Positions 35,644 through 44,719 of a DNA stretch of 49,456 bases are shown in pieces. Origin of the DNA: a virus (lineage: Duplodnaviria > Caudoviricetes); the IMG/VR virus record IMGVR_UViG_3300036833_000216, positions 1-49,456 of that record. One strand, written 5' to 3'. Each line of letters opens with the position of its first letter. Position 1 is the stretch's first letter. The position numbers were made by a program, and so were the translations under genes. The notes under the pieces were generated by a model. It was given only the letters and a program-made list of their open reading frames with translations. It was not told the DNA's origin and did no database searches.

Positions 35644-36151
35644 GCTTTTTTCCTCGCTGGCGTTGTTGGTTACTAGTTTGTTCGCTCTGCGTCGCCCAGC
35701 GGCAATTGCCGGGCTCGTAGTTGCCATCATTGTCGATGCGGTCGATAGAATGAGCCATCGACGGCTTCCGTCCCATATCAACGAGGAAGTTAGCAAAACT
35801 CTTGCGCCAGCGTTCGCAGACAGTAATGCCGCGGCCGCCATAATATTTGAACACAGGATTGCGTGGGTTCTCACATCGTCCGATCAATCCCTTCCAAGCG
35901 ATATGTTCTGGACTAAGGCATGCGCCGTGAGTTGTTGCCATTGTTTTTGCTGATTTCGCGGCGATCTCTCGCTGCAAACAACCGCAGGATCGTGTAGTAC
36001 CGGCAGTCAGTCCGTCGCCGCGACAAGAAAGCTCAGTGCCACAATCGCATCGGCACTTCCATAGCGCTCGATTGCGTTTATCCCTTCCAGCGTAGTTGAG
36101 AACGGCTAGACGCTCGAAACGCCATCCATGAAGATTCACGCGCGCGCTCAT
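35618..36151 (-). CDS. HNH-type homing endonuclease
   Basis: F.RL.V...WKCRCDCG...TRSCGC...YGGRGITVCERW..F.NFL.DMG..P....SIDRIDNDGNYEPGNCRWAT..EQ..N. Confidence 0.88.
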   Translation of the reverse strand: MSARVNLHGWRFERLAVLNYAGRDKRNRALWKCRCDCGTELSCRGDGLTAGTTRSCGCLQREIAAKSAKTMATTHGACLSPEHIAWKGLIGRCENPRNPVFKYYGGRGITVCERWRKSFANFLVDMGRKPSMAHSIDRIDNDGNYEPGNCRWATQSEQTSNQQRQRGKKHEQRIAAD

Positions 36152-36333
36152 GGTGCGCCTCGTTTGATAGGAATGCTCAGGACCAGCCGCGCCGTACGTG
36201 CCGTGTCGACTGCTTGGTCGTCGAACGGAATCCGGATCGACACGTGGTCATCGATGCGCACGGCGATATAGCCGTCACCGATGCTGGCAACAGTGGGTAG
36301 CTCGAGTTCCAAGCGTAGGTCGTCGTCGCTCAT
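36148..36333 (-). CDS. Hypothetical protein
   Basis: GAGG RBS; ATGA-coupled to the HNH gene. Confidence 0.55.
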   Translation of the reverse strand: MSDDDLRLELELPTVASIGDGYIAVRIDDHVSIRIPFDDQAVDTARTARLVLSIPIKRGAP

Positions 36334-36341
36334 GCCGCCTC

Positions 36342-36842
36342 TTACTCAGCCGCGACTAAGCGGAGCGGAGCTGGTTCCGGCTTGGCTTCTGGCTCGTCAT
36401 CGCTTTTTTGCAAACGTTTGAGCCGCGAGGCCGAGACTTCGCGCGCGCGTTTCAATTGCCGTCGCAGTTCCCTGTTTTGTCCTTCCAGATGTTCCAAGCG
36501 TTGGCGGCTGAACGATCCGCCATCGAGAACAGTGGTCAGGGCCCCGCTCGCCCATTCGAACAGATTGTCGTCCGGGTCCATGCGCTCAACTCCCCAACTG
36601 GAATTGAAATAATAGTCGCGCACCGAAATCTGCCCGCAGACATGGTTATGAGCGACGCGTTTTGCTTCCGGGTACAAGCGGCACCAGCCGTCAAGCATAC
36701 CACCGTGATTCCTGACGTAACGGATGGCAGTGAATTGGTCCCATTCTCTGCCGCAATGGGATTCGCACTGGTTGGTCTCGCGTTGCTGCTTGTGTTCCTG
36801 CGGTTCAGCTGGTTGGAAATAACGACAGATTAAACATGGCAT
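36342..36842 (-). CDS. Cys-rich hypothetical protein
   Basis: MPCLICRYF...GWCRLYP...H.CGQ; GAGGAG RBS. Confidence 0.6.
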   Translation of the reverse strand: MPCLICRYFQPAEPQEHKQQRETNQCESHCGREWDQFTAIRYVRNHGGMLDGWCRLYPEAKRVAHNHVCGQISVRDYYFNSSWGVERMDPDDNLFEWASGALTTVLDGGSFSRQRLEHLEGQNRELRRQLKRAREVSASRLKRLQKSDDEPEAKPEPAPLRLVAAE

Positions 36843-36855
36843 GGTTGTCTCCTCT

Positions 36856-37779
36856 TCATGCCGCCTCTTGCTTGTCGCGTTTGACGGTGAGCTGGCGATA
36901 GTCGACCGGCGGCGCGACGTAGCCACGGCGGTGCCGCGACTTCCAGGCCACGCGCCAGCCGCGCACGATGGCGAATTCAGCATCACCTAGTTTGGCTTTG
37001 ATCTCGGTCTCGGCCATGTCGATCTCAGTCTCGAGTCGTTTCTTTTCCGCAGCATCGCGTTCGATCGCCTCGACCAGTTCGAGCATGCGATTATCGCCGC
37101 GCAGATCGATCACCTTGCCCGGCGCTTCGTGCGGATAGAGTGCATCGATGATGCCGCTGTCGCGATCGAACGCGGGTTTTGGCTCGCGGCATTCGGCGAC
37201 CGCTTGCCAGAACGCTGCAGCCGCGGCGCGGATCTTGGCTTGGGCGCCGTCGTGATGTGGCACCTCGTATTCGTACACCTCAAAGGTGAAATCGCCGACC
37301 ACCAGCGGGGCGATGATGCCCCAGCGGGCGCCGGTGAGCATCAGCTCGGTCTGCGCCTGCAGCGCGATCCAGAACGGTGGATTCTCCGGCGTCCAATGCT
37401 TGCGATAGATGCTCGAGGCGACGGTTTTGGTTTGCAACAATCCCGGCCCGCGCGGATCGCCGTCGATCAGGAAGTCGGGCGTGGCACCAATGCGGGCGGC
37501 GGCATCGCGGTAGTAGAACCGGTTGCGGATGATCTTCCATTTCTTGTAGCGCTTCTTGATCTCACTCGCCACCACCGGCTCGAGCGCGAGCCCGCGCCGC
37601 ATCACCGCCGTCGTTTCCGGATCGGGCAGCTCGGCGCCGCGATGACGCGCATAGAGCGCGAAGATCGTGGTGTAGGGATGCACGTCAAACAATGCGCCCA
37701 TGACGCTCGCCGTGAGATCCTCGGTGCGCTCAAGCGGGAAGCCGCCGCCGCGCGGAAGAGCGATGCGTTCGATCGTCAT
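36856..37779 (-). CDS. YqaJ-like viral recombinase/exonuclease
   Basis: LTAS.MGAL...MRRG.ALEP...IGATPD...LLQTKT...LQAQ (Q-x-K variant of the PD-(D/E)xK motif); RecT partner downstream. Confidence 0.9.
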   Translation of the reverse strand: MTIERIALPRGGGFPLERTEDLTASVMGALFDVHPYTTIFALYARHRGAELPDPETTAVMRRGLALEPVVASEIKKRYKKWKIIRNRFYYRDAAARIGATPDFLIDGDPRGPGLLQTKTVASSIYRKHWTPENPPFWIALQAQTELMLTGARWGIIAPLVVGDFTFEVYEYEVPHHDGAQAKIRAAAAAFWQAVAECREPKPAFDRDSGIIDALYPHEAPGKVIDLRGDNRMLELVEAIERDAAEKKRLETEIDMAETEIKAKLGDAEFAIVRGWRVAWKSRHRRGYVAPPVDYRQLTVKRDKQEAA

Positions 37780-37786
37780 CAGTTAC

Positions 37787-37934
37787 CTAATTGTGATCGT
37801 TCGAGCCGCGACAATTAGAGAACGCACGCCGCTGTAAAGTCAAGCTCGGCTTTACGACAAAACGCGCGCATGGGATAACTGCACGGAGTGCTGAGGTGCA
37901 ACTCTTGACCGCAGCGACACCGGCGCCGTAGCGT
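37787..37934. promoter_or_regulatory. Divergent control region with two TTGAC promoters and inverted repeats
   Basis: CTTGAC on - (37839-37844) and + (37904-37909, TAGCGT at 37929); inverted repeats CTAATTGT/ACAATTAG and GTAAAG/CTTTAC. Confidence 0.5.
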
Positions 37935-37959
37935 TCATTGGTAAAGGTTAGCGATAGCG

Positions 37960-38241
37960 ATGAGCATGGTTCTGCAGAAAGCGGCGGTGGCGGAAAGTGT
38001 TTGGAGCGAGCTAAAGCATAGCCAGCCCCGTATGATGAGCGATATCGCGCAAGCCATTGGCATTCGGGTGCAAGCGGTGTCGCAGTGGCGGCGTGTGCCG
38101 ATCGAACGTGTTGATGTCGTCGCGCGGGTGACCGGTATTCCCGCGCAAAAGCTGCGGCCGGACTGGCCGTGGCCCCCGCCGATCTCGGCGCCGCTGGCGC
38201 CTGCCAAACCACGCAGCACTAAGAGATCATCCGCGCGCTAA
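37960..38241 (+). CDS. Cro-like (YdaS-type) HTH regulator
   Basis: IAQAIGIRVQAVSQWRRVPIERV..V.R.TGIP...LRPD. Confidence 0.85.
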   Translation: MSMVLQKAAVAESVWSELKHSQPRMMSDIAQAIGIRVQAVSQWRRVPIERVDVVARVTGIPAQKLRPDWPWPPPISAPLAPAKPRSTKRSSAR

Positions 38242-38273
38242 CTGGACTCGGTTCGAGTCATTGGGAGGCTGCG

Positions 38274-38816
38274 ATGTCCCAGCGGGCATCCGGGTACGCG
38301 CGGCGTGCGGATGAGGAGTATCCGACCCCGGGTTGGGTGGCGGTGACGATCGGCGACTACCTCGCCAAGCGGGCGCTGCACATCTGGGAACCGGCGGCCG
38401 GGCATCCGGCGCTCGCCCGCGCGCTCAAGGCCTACGGCTACCGGGTGACGGCAACACGCAGCGATTTTTTCCTGCGCACCCGCCTGCCCGATGACCGGGT
38501 CGACGCCATCGTAACGAACCCGCCCTATGGCGACGACAAGCGCGGCCAGATCGCCGCAGACTTCATCCGCCATGCGCTGAGCCTGCCGGTGCGCACTGTG
38601 GCCATGCTGCTACGGGTCGACTTCGATAGCGCAAAAACGCGTGTGGATCTCTTCCGCGACAACCCCAGGTTTGCCGCCAAGCTGGTACTGCTCAACCGGG
38701 TGAAATGGTTCGAGGGACCGAGCGCGCCGTCCGACAATCACGCGTGGTTCCTGTGGGATGCTGCGCACCGCGGGCCGCCGCGGCTGGCCTATTGCGAGCG
38801 AAAGGAAGCGCAATGA
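38274..38816 (+). CDS. Putative DNA N6-adenine/N4-cytosine methyltransferase
   Basis: YPTP...IWEPAAG...DF...IVTNPPY...NHAWF.W. Confidence 0.8.
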   Translation: MSQRASGYARRADEEYPTPGWVAVTIGDYLAKRALHIWEPAAGHPALARALKAYGYRVTATRSDFFLRTRLPDDRVDAIVTNPPYGDDKRGQIAADFIRHALSLPVRTVAMLLRVDFDSAKTRVDLFRDNPRFAAKLVLLNRVKWFEGPSAPSDNHAWFLWDAAHRGPPRLAYCERKEAQ

Positions 38817-39262
38817 AGCGGGTGCTGGTGGAGAGCCCCTATGCTGGCGAGGTCGACGATAACGAAGCCTACGCCCGCGCCTGTCTGCTGGACTGCCTGC
38901 GCAGGGGCGAAGCTCCGTTCGCTAGCCACCTGCTCTACACCCAGGTGCTCGACGACGCCAAGCCGGGCGAGCGCCAGCTCGGTATTGCCGCCGGACTGGT
39001 ATGGGGCGCCTGCGCCGATCTCGTCGCGGTCTACATCGATCGCGGCGTCTCCTCGGGGATGCGCCGCGGCATCGAGACGGCGACCGACGCGGGCCTTCCG
39101 ATCGAGGAGCGACGCCTGCCCCCGGAGCGGCCGGAGGACGGCGAGGTGAAGATCGGCCAGCCGGAGCGGCCGCACAAGAAGATCAGCGTCCAGCGCGCCA
39201 AGCCGACGCGCATTGCCGAGAAGCGCGAGCCGGAGGTTCCACGTGAAACAAAAACCGATTGA
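38813..39262 (+). CDS. DUF4406-like (nucleoside deoxyribosyltransferase-like fold) phage protein
   Basis: VLVESPYAG...YARAC..D...RGEAPFASHLLYTQ.LDD...ER..GI.AG...VAVY.D.G.S.GM..GI. Confidence 0.65.
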   Translation: MKRVLVESPYAGEVDDNEAYARACLLDCLRRGEAPFASHLLYTQVLDDAKPGERQLGIAAGLVWGACADLVAVYIDRGVSSGMRRGIETATDAGLPIEERRLPPERPEDGEVKIGQPERPHKKISVQRAKPTRIAEKREPEVPRETKTD

Positions 39263-39416
39263 GCCGCACCGGTGCCACCGTTGCCATGCGCCGATTGCGG
39301 ACGGCTTCAGCTTTTGCACCGATTGCCGTCGCGATATCCGGCGCGAGGCCGCCAAGCGGGCGACCCAGAGCCGCAAGCGCCGCGCCATCACCCTGGCCAA
39401 GCCGGGAGGTGCGTAG
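39243..39416 (+). CDS. Small Zn-ribbon protein
   Basis: CHRC...FCTDC; GGAGG RBS before GTG 39243. Confidence 0.5.
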   Translation: MKQKPIEPHRCHRCHAPIADGFSFCTDCRRDIRREAAKRATQSRKRRAITLAKPGGA

Positions 39417-39417
39417 G

Positions 39418-39834
39418 GTGGCACGGCTCGGGCAACCGGATCTCTTTACCAAACGGGTGCGCAGCCTGCCGCCAACTCCTGAATTCAAGCTCCATGTCAT
39501 GGTCGCCGACGTGCTCGCTAAATGGCTAATGTGGGGATGGCGATCCAATCATATCGCCTCCGGTGAGTACCGGCCCGACGCCACCGCCGGGCGGCTCAAG
39601 CGCATGGGCCTCATTCCTGGCTGGAGCGACTTCATCCTGCTATCGCCCAAGCCACGCACGCTGGCGCATTTCCTCGAATTGAAGCGGCGCGGCGGCAAGC
39701 TCAGCGATCACCAGAAACTATTCGCCGACTACTGCCAGGAACATGGCTATCCGTTCGCGTGTGTCGATCGCTTTGACGACGCGGTGGCCGTCTTAAAGCA
39801 ATGGGGTGCTCTGCGCGTGAGCATTTCGGCATGA
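39418..39834 (+). CDS. VRR-NUC-like nuclease
   Basis: E..LH...RLKRMGLIPGWSDF...FLELKRRGGKLSDHQ; start approximate. Confidence 0.8.
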   Translation: MARLGQPDLFTKRVRSLPPTPEFKLHVMVADVLAKWLMWGWRSNHIASGEYRPDATAGRLKRMGLIPGWSDFILLSPKPRTLAHFLELKRRGGKLSDHQKLFADYCQEHGYPFACVDRFDDAVAVLKQWGALRVSISA

Positions 39835-39901
39835 GCGACGACGGGTAAAAAATACTTGGAGGCGGAATGTCTTGTTGCTGACAGAATTAGGAAGTCGACC
39901 A

Positions 39902-41443
39902 ATGGCGGCAGATGAACATCACGCGCCTTCTCTGGGTTTGTTTGAAGTTGGATTCGCCTCATGGTCGCGGGTATTGAGTGTCAGTATCAATGACGATGTG
40001 CGGCTGTCGAATTTCAGCAATGCCTGCCGCGAGGCGGTGACCTACGTCGGCAAGGGATTAGACAAACCGATTGCGGTCGACACCTTGCTCGAGCTGGCGG
40101 AAACGCACGGCTTGGTCGAACAGGCCGGACTCGAGAACATCGAAGCGATGATCGGCCGCGCGTTCGAGCCGCCCACGTTTGCCGAGGCGCCGCAGCCGAA
40201 GGTCAACGGCGGCGCCGAGCCCGCGCCGGAGCGAGAGCAGCAGCCGCAGCTGCGCTATGCCACGCTCTACATCCCGCCCAATCCGATGGAGATTCCGCGC
40301 CGCGGCTGGCTGTATGGCGGCCACTACATCCGGCAAGCGGCAACGGCGACGGTGGCGCCGGGCGGATTCGGCAAGACCACATTGACGATTCACGAGGCGA
40401 TCATGATGGTCGCCGCCGGGCTCGCGGTTTGGTATTTGTCCGGCGAGGACCCCAAGGTCGAGATCGACCGCCGCATTGCCGCGCATTGCCTGCATCATCA
40501 GGTTAATCTGAGGACGTTCACCGGGCGCCTGTTTGTCGACGACAAAAGCACGTTTCCGCTGACGATCGCTACCGCGCCACGCACCGGCGCGGTCAAGTTC
40601 AACGATCAAGCGTTGACTGAATTCGAGCACGCGATCCTGGCCTCGGAGATCGACGTGGTGATGCTCGATCCGTTCATCGCCTTTCACACCGTAGCCGAGA
40701 ACGACAACGGCTCGATCGACGCGGTGACCAAGCGGCTGGCGGCGATTGCGCAGCGCACCGACAGCTGTCTCGAGATCTCGCACCATGTGCGCAAGCCGTT
40801 CATGGGCCAGGGCACGTTGACGGTCGACGATGCCCGTGGCGGCTCGGCGCTGATCAATGCCGTGAGGTCGGGCCGGGTGATCAACCGCATGACCCAGGCC
40901 GAGGCCGAGAACGCCAAGATCTCCAACGAGGACCGGCACTTTTACATTCGCGTCGACCGCGGCAAGCGCAACATGGCGCCGCCCGACAAAGCGAGCTGGT
41001 TCCATCTGGTGTCGAAAGAGATCGCCAATGGCGACAGCGTGCAGGCGCTCGAGGAATGGGAATTCCCGAAAGCGGCAAAGCCGACCGAGGCGGATATCAT
41101 CTGGCTGCGGGTGGTGATGTTCGATCGACCGCTTGGCTTCGACCGACGCTCACCGGATTGGATCGGCGATGTTCTCGCCGAGCACTTCGAACGCGATCCG
41201 GATGACGAGGCGGATTTGAAATGGATCAGGCAAACCGTCGCCCACCTCGTCAAGGAAAAGGTGATCCGCAAGACCAAGCTACGCAACAAGAATTCCAAGG
41301 AACGCACGCACTATGTCCTGTGTGATGCCAAACCACATCTGACCGTGGTGCCACGCGACGGCGAGCCACCTCCGGCTGACGAGCTGCCGCTCGACGACAA
41401 TGGCGATGATGACGATGAGCCGGACGATGACGATCCAGCCTGA
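39902..41443 (+). CDS. AAA_25/RepA-type replicative helicase
   Basis: Walker A APGGFGKT, SGED, Walker B VVMLDPF, ENDN, HHVRK, ARGGSAL; acidic C-terminus. Confidence 0.88.
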   Translation: MAADEHHAPSLGLFEVGFASWSRVLSVSINDDVRLSNFSNACREAVTYVGKGLDKPIAVDTLLELAETHGLVEQAGLENIEAMIGRAFEPPTFAEAPQPKVNGGAEPAPEREQQPQLRYATLYIPPNPMEIPRRGWLYGGHYIRQAATATVAPGGFGKTTLTIHEAIMMVAAGLAVWYLSGEDPKVEIDRRIAAHCLHHQVNLRTFTGRLFVDDKSTFPLTIATAPRTGAVKFNDQALTEFEHAILASEIDVVMLDPFIAFHTVAENDNGSIDAVTKRLAAIAQRTDSCLEISHHVRKPFMGQGTLTVDDARGGSALINAVRSGRVINRMTQAEAENAKISNEDRHFYIRVDRGKRNMAPPDKASWFHLVSKEIANGDSVQALEEWEFPKAAKPTEADIIWLRVVMFDRPLGFDRRSPDWIGDVLAEHFERDPDDEADLKWIRQTVAHLVKEKVIRKTKLRNKNSKERTHYVLCDAKPHLTVVPRDGEPPPADELPLDDNGDDDDEPDDDDPA

Positions 41444-41532
41444 TCCTCCGCGATAATTTTTAGGACCACAAGTGAGGTGTCAAAAATTATCGGAGGTACT
41501 GCGGTCATGCTGGTCCGCGTCGTTGCTGAAGC

Positions 41533-41874
41533 TCAGCGATACAGGAACGGCGGCCCGTCCTCGATCGGCTCGGCCCATACCCGACCGCTGCCATAATTCT
41601 CGACCCGAAAACCTGCCCGGCAGCTGGCATTGCCGCAATAGATGATGCCGGGCCGCTCCTCGGCATAAAAGCCTTCCTCGTCGCAGCGCGGGCAGCGGTT
41701 GGCGGCGATGCAAAGGCCGAGATCGTTACTGCGCGGGAATCCGTTCGAACGCGGAATAACAATCGGTTGCTGGTGTTGCAGGCGCGGAACGATGATGATG
41801 ATCAGTGCGACGATCAGCGCGATCATCACCATCGCGGCGAGAGGTGCCCACCACATACCCAATTTTTCCGTCAT
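41533..41874 (-). CDS. Membrane-anchored Zn-ribbon protein
   Basis: TM helix, then CPRC...IYCGNASC. Confidence 0.5.
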   Translation of the reverse strand: MTEKLGMWWAPLAAMVMIALIVALIIIIVPRLQHQQPIVIPRSNGFPRSNDLGLCIAANRCPRCDEEGFYAEERPGIIYCGNASCRAGFRVENYGSGRVWAEPIEDGPPFLYR

Positions 41875-42000
41875 GGCGGCAGGCCTGGGACCCCAAAATC
41901 GATCAGCCTGCCGCCCGGGCAGGACAAAGAGCGGTGGCCGCCGCAAACTGTCCCACCGATCCGCTGGCGCCCGAAGGCGCCAGCGGAGTTAACTGTTAGG

Positions 42001-42621
42001 TCAGGCGAGGCGCGGCGCGAACATCTTGCGCTTGTTGCGGAAGGCAAAGCCGAGCCCGACAAAGCCGAGCAGCAGCATGCCCCAGGTTGCAGGCTCTGGT
42101 ACAGCCGCCACAGCCGTTTCGATGCGGTTGTGTTCGAAGGTGAATAGACTTCCGGTGGAATCGGTTAGCGTTAGCGAGTTGATCACTTCACCGTTGATGG
42201 CGTTCACCGTGAACCCGGACTGGCCATTACCGATAGTGCCGAGATCAAAGTTGAACGTTCCGTCCGTAGCGTTCACGGCCAGCTTCACGTCGCCTGTGCC
42301 CGTCAAACTGAACACCTCCGTCGTGGTACCAACTACGACGGTGTTGGTCGGGTCGAACACTTGATCGGTCAGACTACTGGTGTTGCCAATCTTTATGTCG
42401 TTGCCGTTGGCAGCGAACGTAAAGCCGGTCGATAGGTTCGTGTAACGAACCACATCGAGATGCTGGCCATTGAGATGACCTAGAGCACTGTTGGTGCTCG
42501 AGGAGTCGGCGACGACGTTGTCGCCCGTCCCGCTCAGTTGAGGAAGGACTGTAACGTCTGCCATCGCTGGCGACGCCAGCGCAAAGCACAGTGCCGCCGT
42601 GCCAAGTAGAAGTTTTTTCAT
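42001..42621 (-). CDS. PEP-CTERM (PEPxxW-type) sorting-domain surface protein
   Basis: Signal peptide ...SPAMA|D; Thr/Asn/Ser/Gly-rich body; AVPEPATWGMLLLGFVGLGFAFRNKRK. Confidence 0.92.
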   Translation of the reverse strand: MKKLLLGTAALCFALASPAMADVTVLPQLSGTGDNVVADSSSTNSALGHLNGQHLDVVRYTNLSTGFTFAANGNDIKIGNTSSLTDQVFDPTNTVVVGTTTEVFSLTGTGDVKLAVNATDGTFNFDLGTIGNGQSGFTVNAINGEVINSLTLTDSTGSLFTFEHNRIETAVAAVPEPATWGMLLLGFVGLGFAFRNKRKMFAPRLA

Positions 42622-42707
42622 TTGGTCCTCGTTTTAGTTGTTGATCTTAGACTTCGGGTTAGATTGGCCACCGCGCGTACGCGACAGCCGTTGTTGTTGC
42701 GCTTCCG

Positions 42708-43361
42708 CTAGGCAACGCCGAGAACGCGGCGACGCTTGTGGAAGGCAAACGCCAAGCCGACGAAACCGAGGAGCATCATGCCCCACGTCGCGGGCTCAGG
42801 AACGGCGGCACTAATATCAATACCGCCGTTGAACGAGCCTTCTCCGACCGAGGTGATCGTGTAGTGCTCATCAGCAGTAAACAGCGCACCGGCGAATGCA
42901 GCGTTGGTCGAAAACGCTGAGTCAGACACCCCGGTGAACAACGGAGTGGTGGCAAGCGTAACGCCGTTGATGGTGGTGCGCTCGATCACGGACCATCCCG
43001 CCGTCTGGCCGCTGACCGAAAATGACGACAAGAAGTCTTGCAGCGCATTCGGCCCCTTGAGGCCGGTTGCAGTGATGTCCAGGACCAGCGTGTGAGTGCC
43101 GGTCGTGGTCTGATCAACGTCCAACGTGTTGCTCGACAAGATGCCGGGAGGCGCTAGAAACGTTTCTGAGTTGATGCTCAGCGAATTCAGGTTGAATGCG
43201 CCGAACGATTGGTTCGTGACAGTTAAGCTACCGTCAGGGCTGGAGGCAGAGCCTGCCACCACTCCGTCAACCGTCGCCGTTAGGTTGATGGCGTCGGCAT
43301 AAGCAGCTGACGCCGATAGCGCGCTGGCCGCAGCCAACGCGACAAGAAGTTTCCATGTCAT
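42708..43361 (-). CDS. PEP-CTERM (PEPxxW-type) sorting-domain surface protein
   Basis: Signal peptide ...SAAYA|D; Thr/Ser-rich body; AVPEPATWGMMLLGFVGLAFAFHKRRR. Confidence 0.92.
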   Translation of the reverse strand: MTWKLLVALAAASALSASAAYADAINLTATVDGVVAGSASSPDGSLTVTNQSFGAFNLNSLSINSETFLAPPGILSSNTLDVDQTTTGTHTLVLDITATGLKGPNALQDFLSSFSVSGQTAGWSVIERTTINGVTLATTPLFTGVSDSAFSTNAAFAGALFTADEHYTITSVGEGSFNGGIDISAAVPEPATWGMMLLGFVGLAFAFHKRRRVLGVA

Positions 43362-43562
43362 TGGGAGTCGCTCCACTGTGGGGTTCAACGCCGCACTCAC
43401 TCACCGCGGGCCGTGGTCCGCGTGTCGCCGTTTGTTTGACTCAGAGATTCCCAAGCGCGGCGACCTTATGCCCAAAATGTCGCACGCGGTATATATCTAA
43501 CGATAGTTCCGCTTAAGTTTTCCCCGTTGTCCGCGGATGACCGCAGCTCTTAAGCTCTGCGC

Positions 43563-44357
43563 ATGATTCACCGCTTCGTCCCGCGTGGCATTGCGCCGCC
43601 GACCTACCGGCGCACGGTGCCGCAATGGCTGCGCGCGCTGAGCGATCCGCCGCCGGTGTTCGATGACGACGAAGCCTATGAATTGATTGCGCATATCCGC
43701 AATACCGGGCAACTCGGCTCGGGCGAGATCCGCGAGGTCGATTCCTGGTATGGGCGACCGTGGGCGTCTGCCACGGTGGCGGCGCCGGTCAGCAAAGACG
43801 CCTCCGAGCGCACCAACGCCGAGATCCGCGCCGCCATGGCGGTCGAGGAGGCCAGGGCCGAGGCGCAAGCCAAAGCCCGGCGCGAGCAGTTCGCCAAAGA
43901 GCTGGTGCAGCTGCGCAAGCAGGTGGCCAAGCGCAAGGCCGAGCGCGATGAGCGCGACCGCCGCCGTCGTGAACATGAGCGTGCGCAATGGGAAGCGGCG
44001 CGCGAATACGAGCGCCTGCAGCTCGAGCGCCAGCGTGAGCAGGCCCGGCGCGATCGCGAATGGAACGAAGCCACCGCCAAGGCCGATGCCGAGCTGGCGG
44101 CGAAGATCCTGGCCAAGCAGCGGGTGCAGCAAGCCGAGGACATGGCGCATCGCCAGCGGGCGCCCGACCCCAACATTGTCCTCAAGCTGGCGCATGAGCA
44201 TCGCAAGGCGGAAATTCTTCGCGCGCTCGAGGCGCTGCGTCAGCAGGGCGTGCGCGATATCCGCGTCGGCGATCTGATGCGGGTGATCGGTTGCAGCGAT
44301 GAAGCCGAGATCCATCGCTGTGTGCAGGAACTGGGATTAGCGTGGCGGCCGGGATGA
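43563..44357 (+). CDS. Hypothetical protein with long charged coiled coil and possible C-terminal HTH
   Basis: E/R/A-rich heptads; IRVGDLMRVIG. Confidence 0.6.
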   Translation: MIHRFVPRGIAPPTYRRTVPQWLRALSDPPPVFDDDEAYELIAHIRNTGQLGSGEIREVDSWYGRPWASATVAAPVSKDASERTNAEIRAAMAVEEARAEAQAKARREQFAKELVQLRKQVAKRKAERDERDRRRREHERAQWEAAREYERLQLERQREQARRDREWNEATAKADAELAAKILAKQRVQQAEDMAHRQRAPDPNIVLKLAHEHRKAEILRALEALRQQGVRDIRVGDLMRVIGCSDEAEIHRCVQELGLAWRPG

Positions 44358-44439
44358 CCTGGGAAAACGGTTAAGTTCGACTTGAAAGTGCGCGGATCTC
44401 GGCGCAGCCTTGGTGGTCTCAACCGCAAAGGATGGCCCG

Positions 44440-44682
44440 ATGGATCAGCAGCTTGTAAATGACCACAAAGCCCTGAAATTTCGCGAGATCGCCGAGCGCC
44501 GAGTTAATGCGATCGTGAAGGCATTGAGGTTGATCGGCAACCTATCGCGCAAGCACAGCTATCAATACTCCGACTTGGAGGTTGATAAGATGTTCAGCGC
44601 CTTGCGCGATGCGTTGGACACCACGGAGGCGAAATTCAAGGACAATCCGCCGCCGGTCCAACCCGGATTTCGGTTCGAGTGA
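44440..44682 (+). CDS. Conserved small helical protein
   Basis: KFREIAERRVN...LRLIGNLS....YQY....V.KMF.AL recurrent family motif. Confidence 0.7.
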   Translation: MDQQLVNDHKALKFREIAERRVNAIVKALRLIGNLSRKHSYQYSDLEVDKMFSALRDALDTTEAKFKDNPPPVQPGFRFE

Positions 44683-44719
44683 TCTGTTCAGCTTCCAGTA
44701 TGGCGTACGGAGTCGTCCG

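Noticed and set aside
1247-44315. Many long antisense or alternate-frame ORFs (e.g. 1247..2002, 9745..10533, 37129..37818, 40058..41005, 43497..44315)
   Set aside because: Shadow ORFs of GC-rich genes; Arg/Ala-rich with no motifs, and fully overlapping well-supported CDSs.
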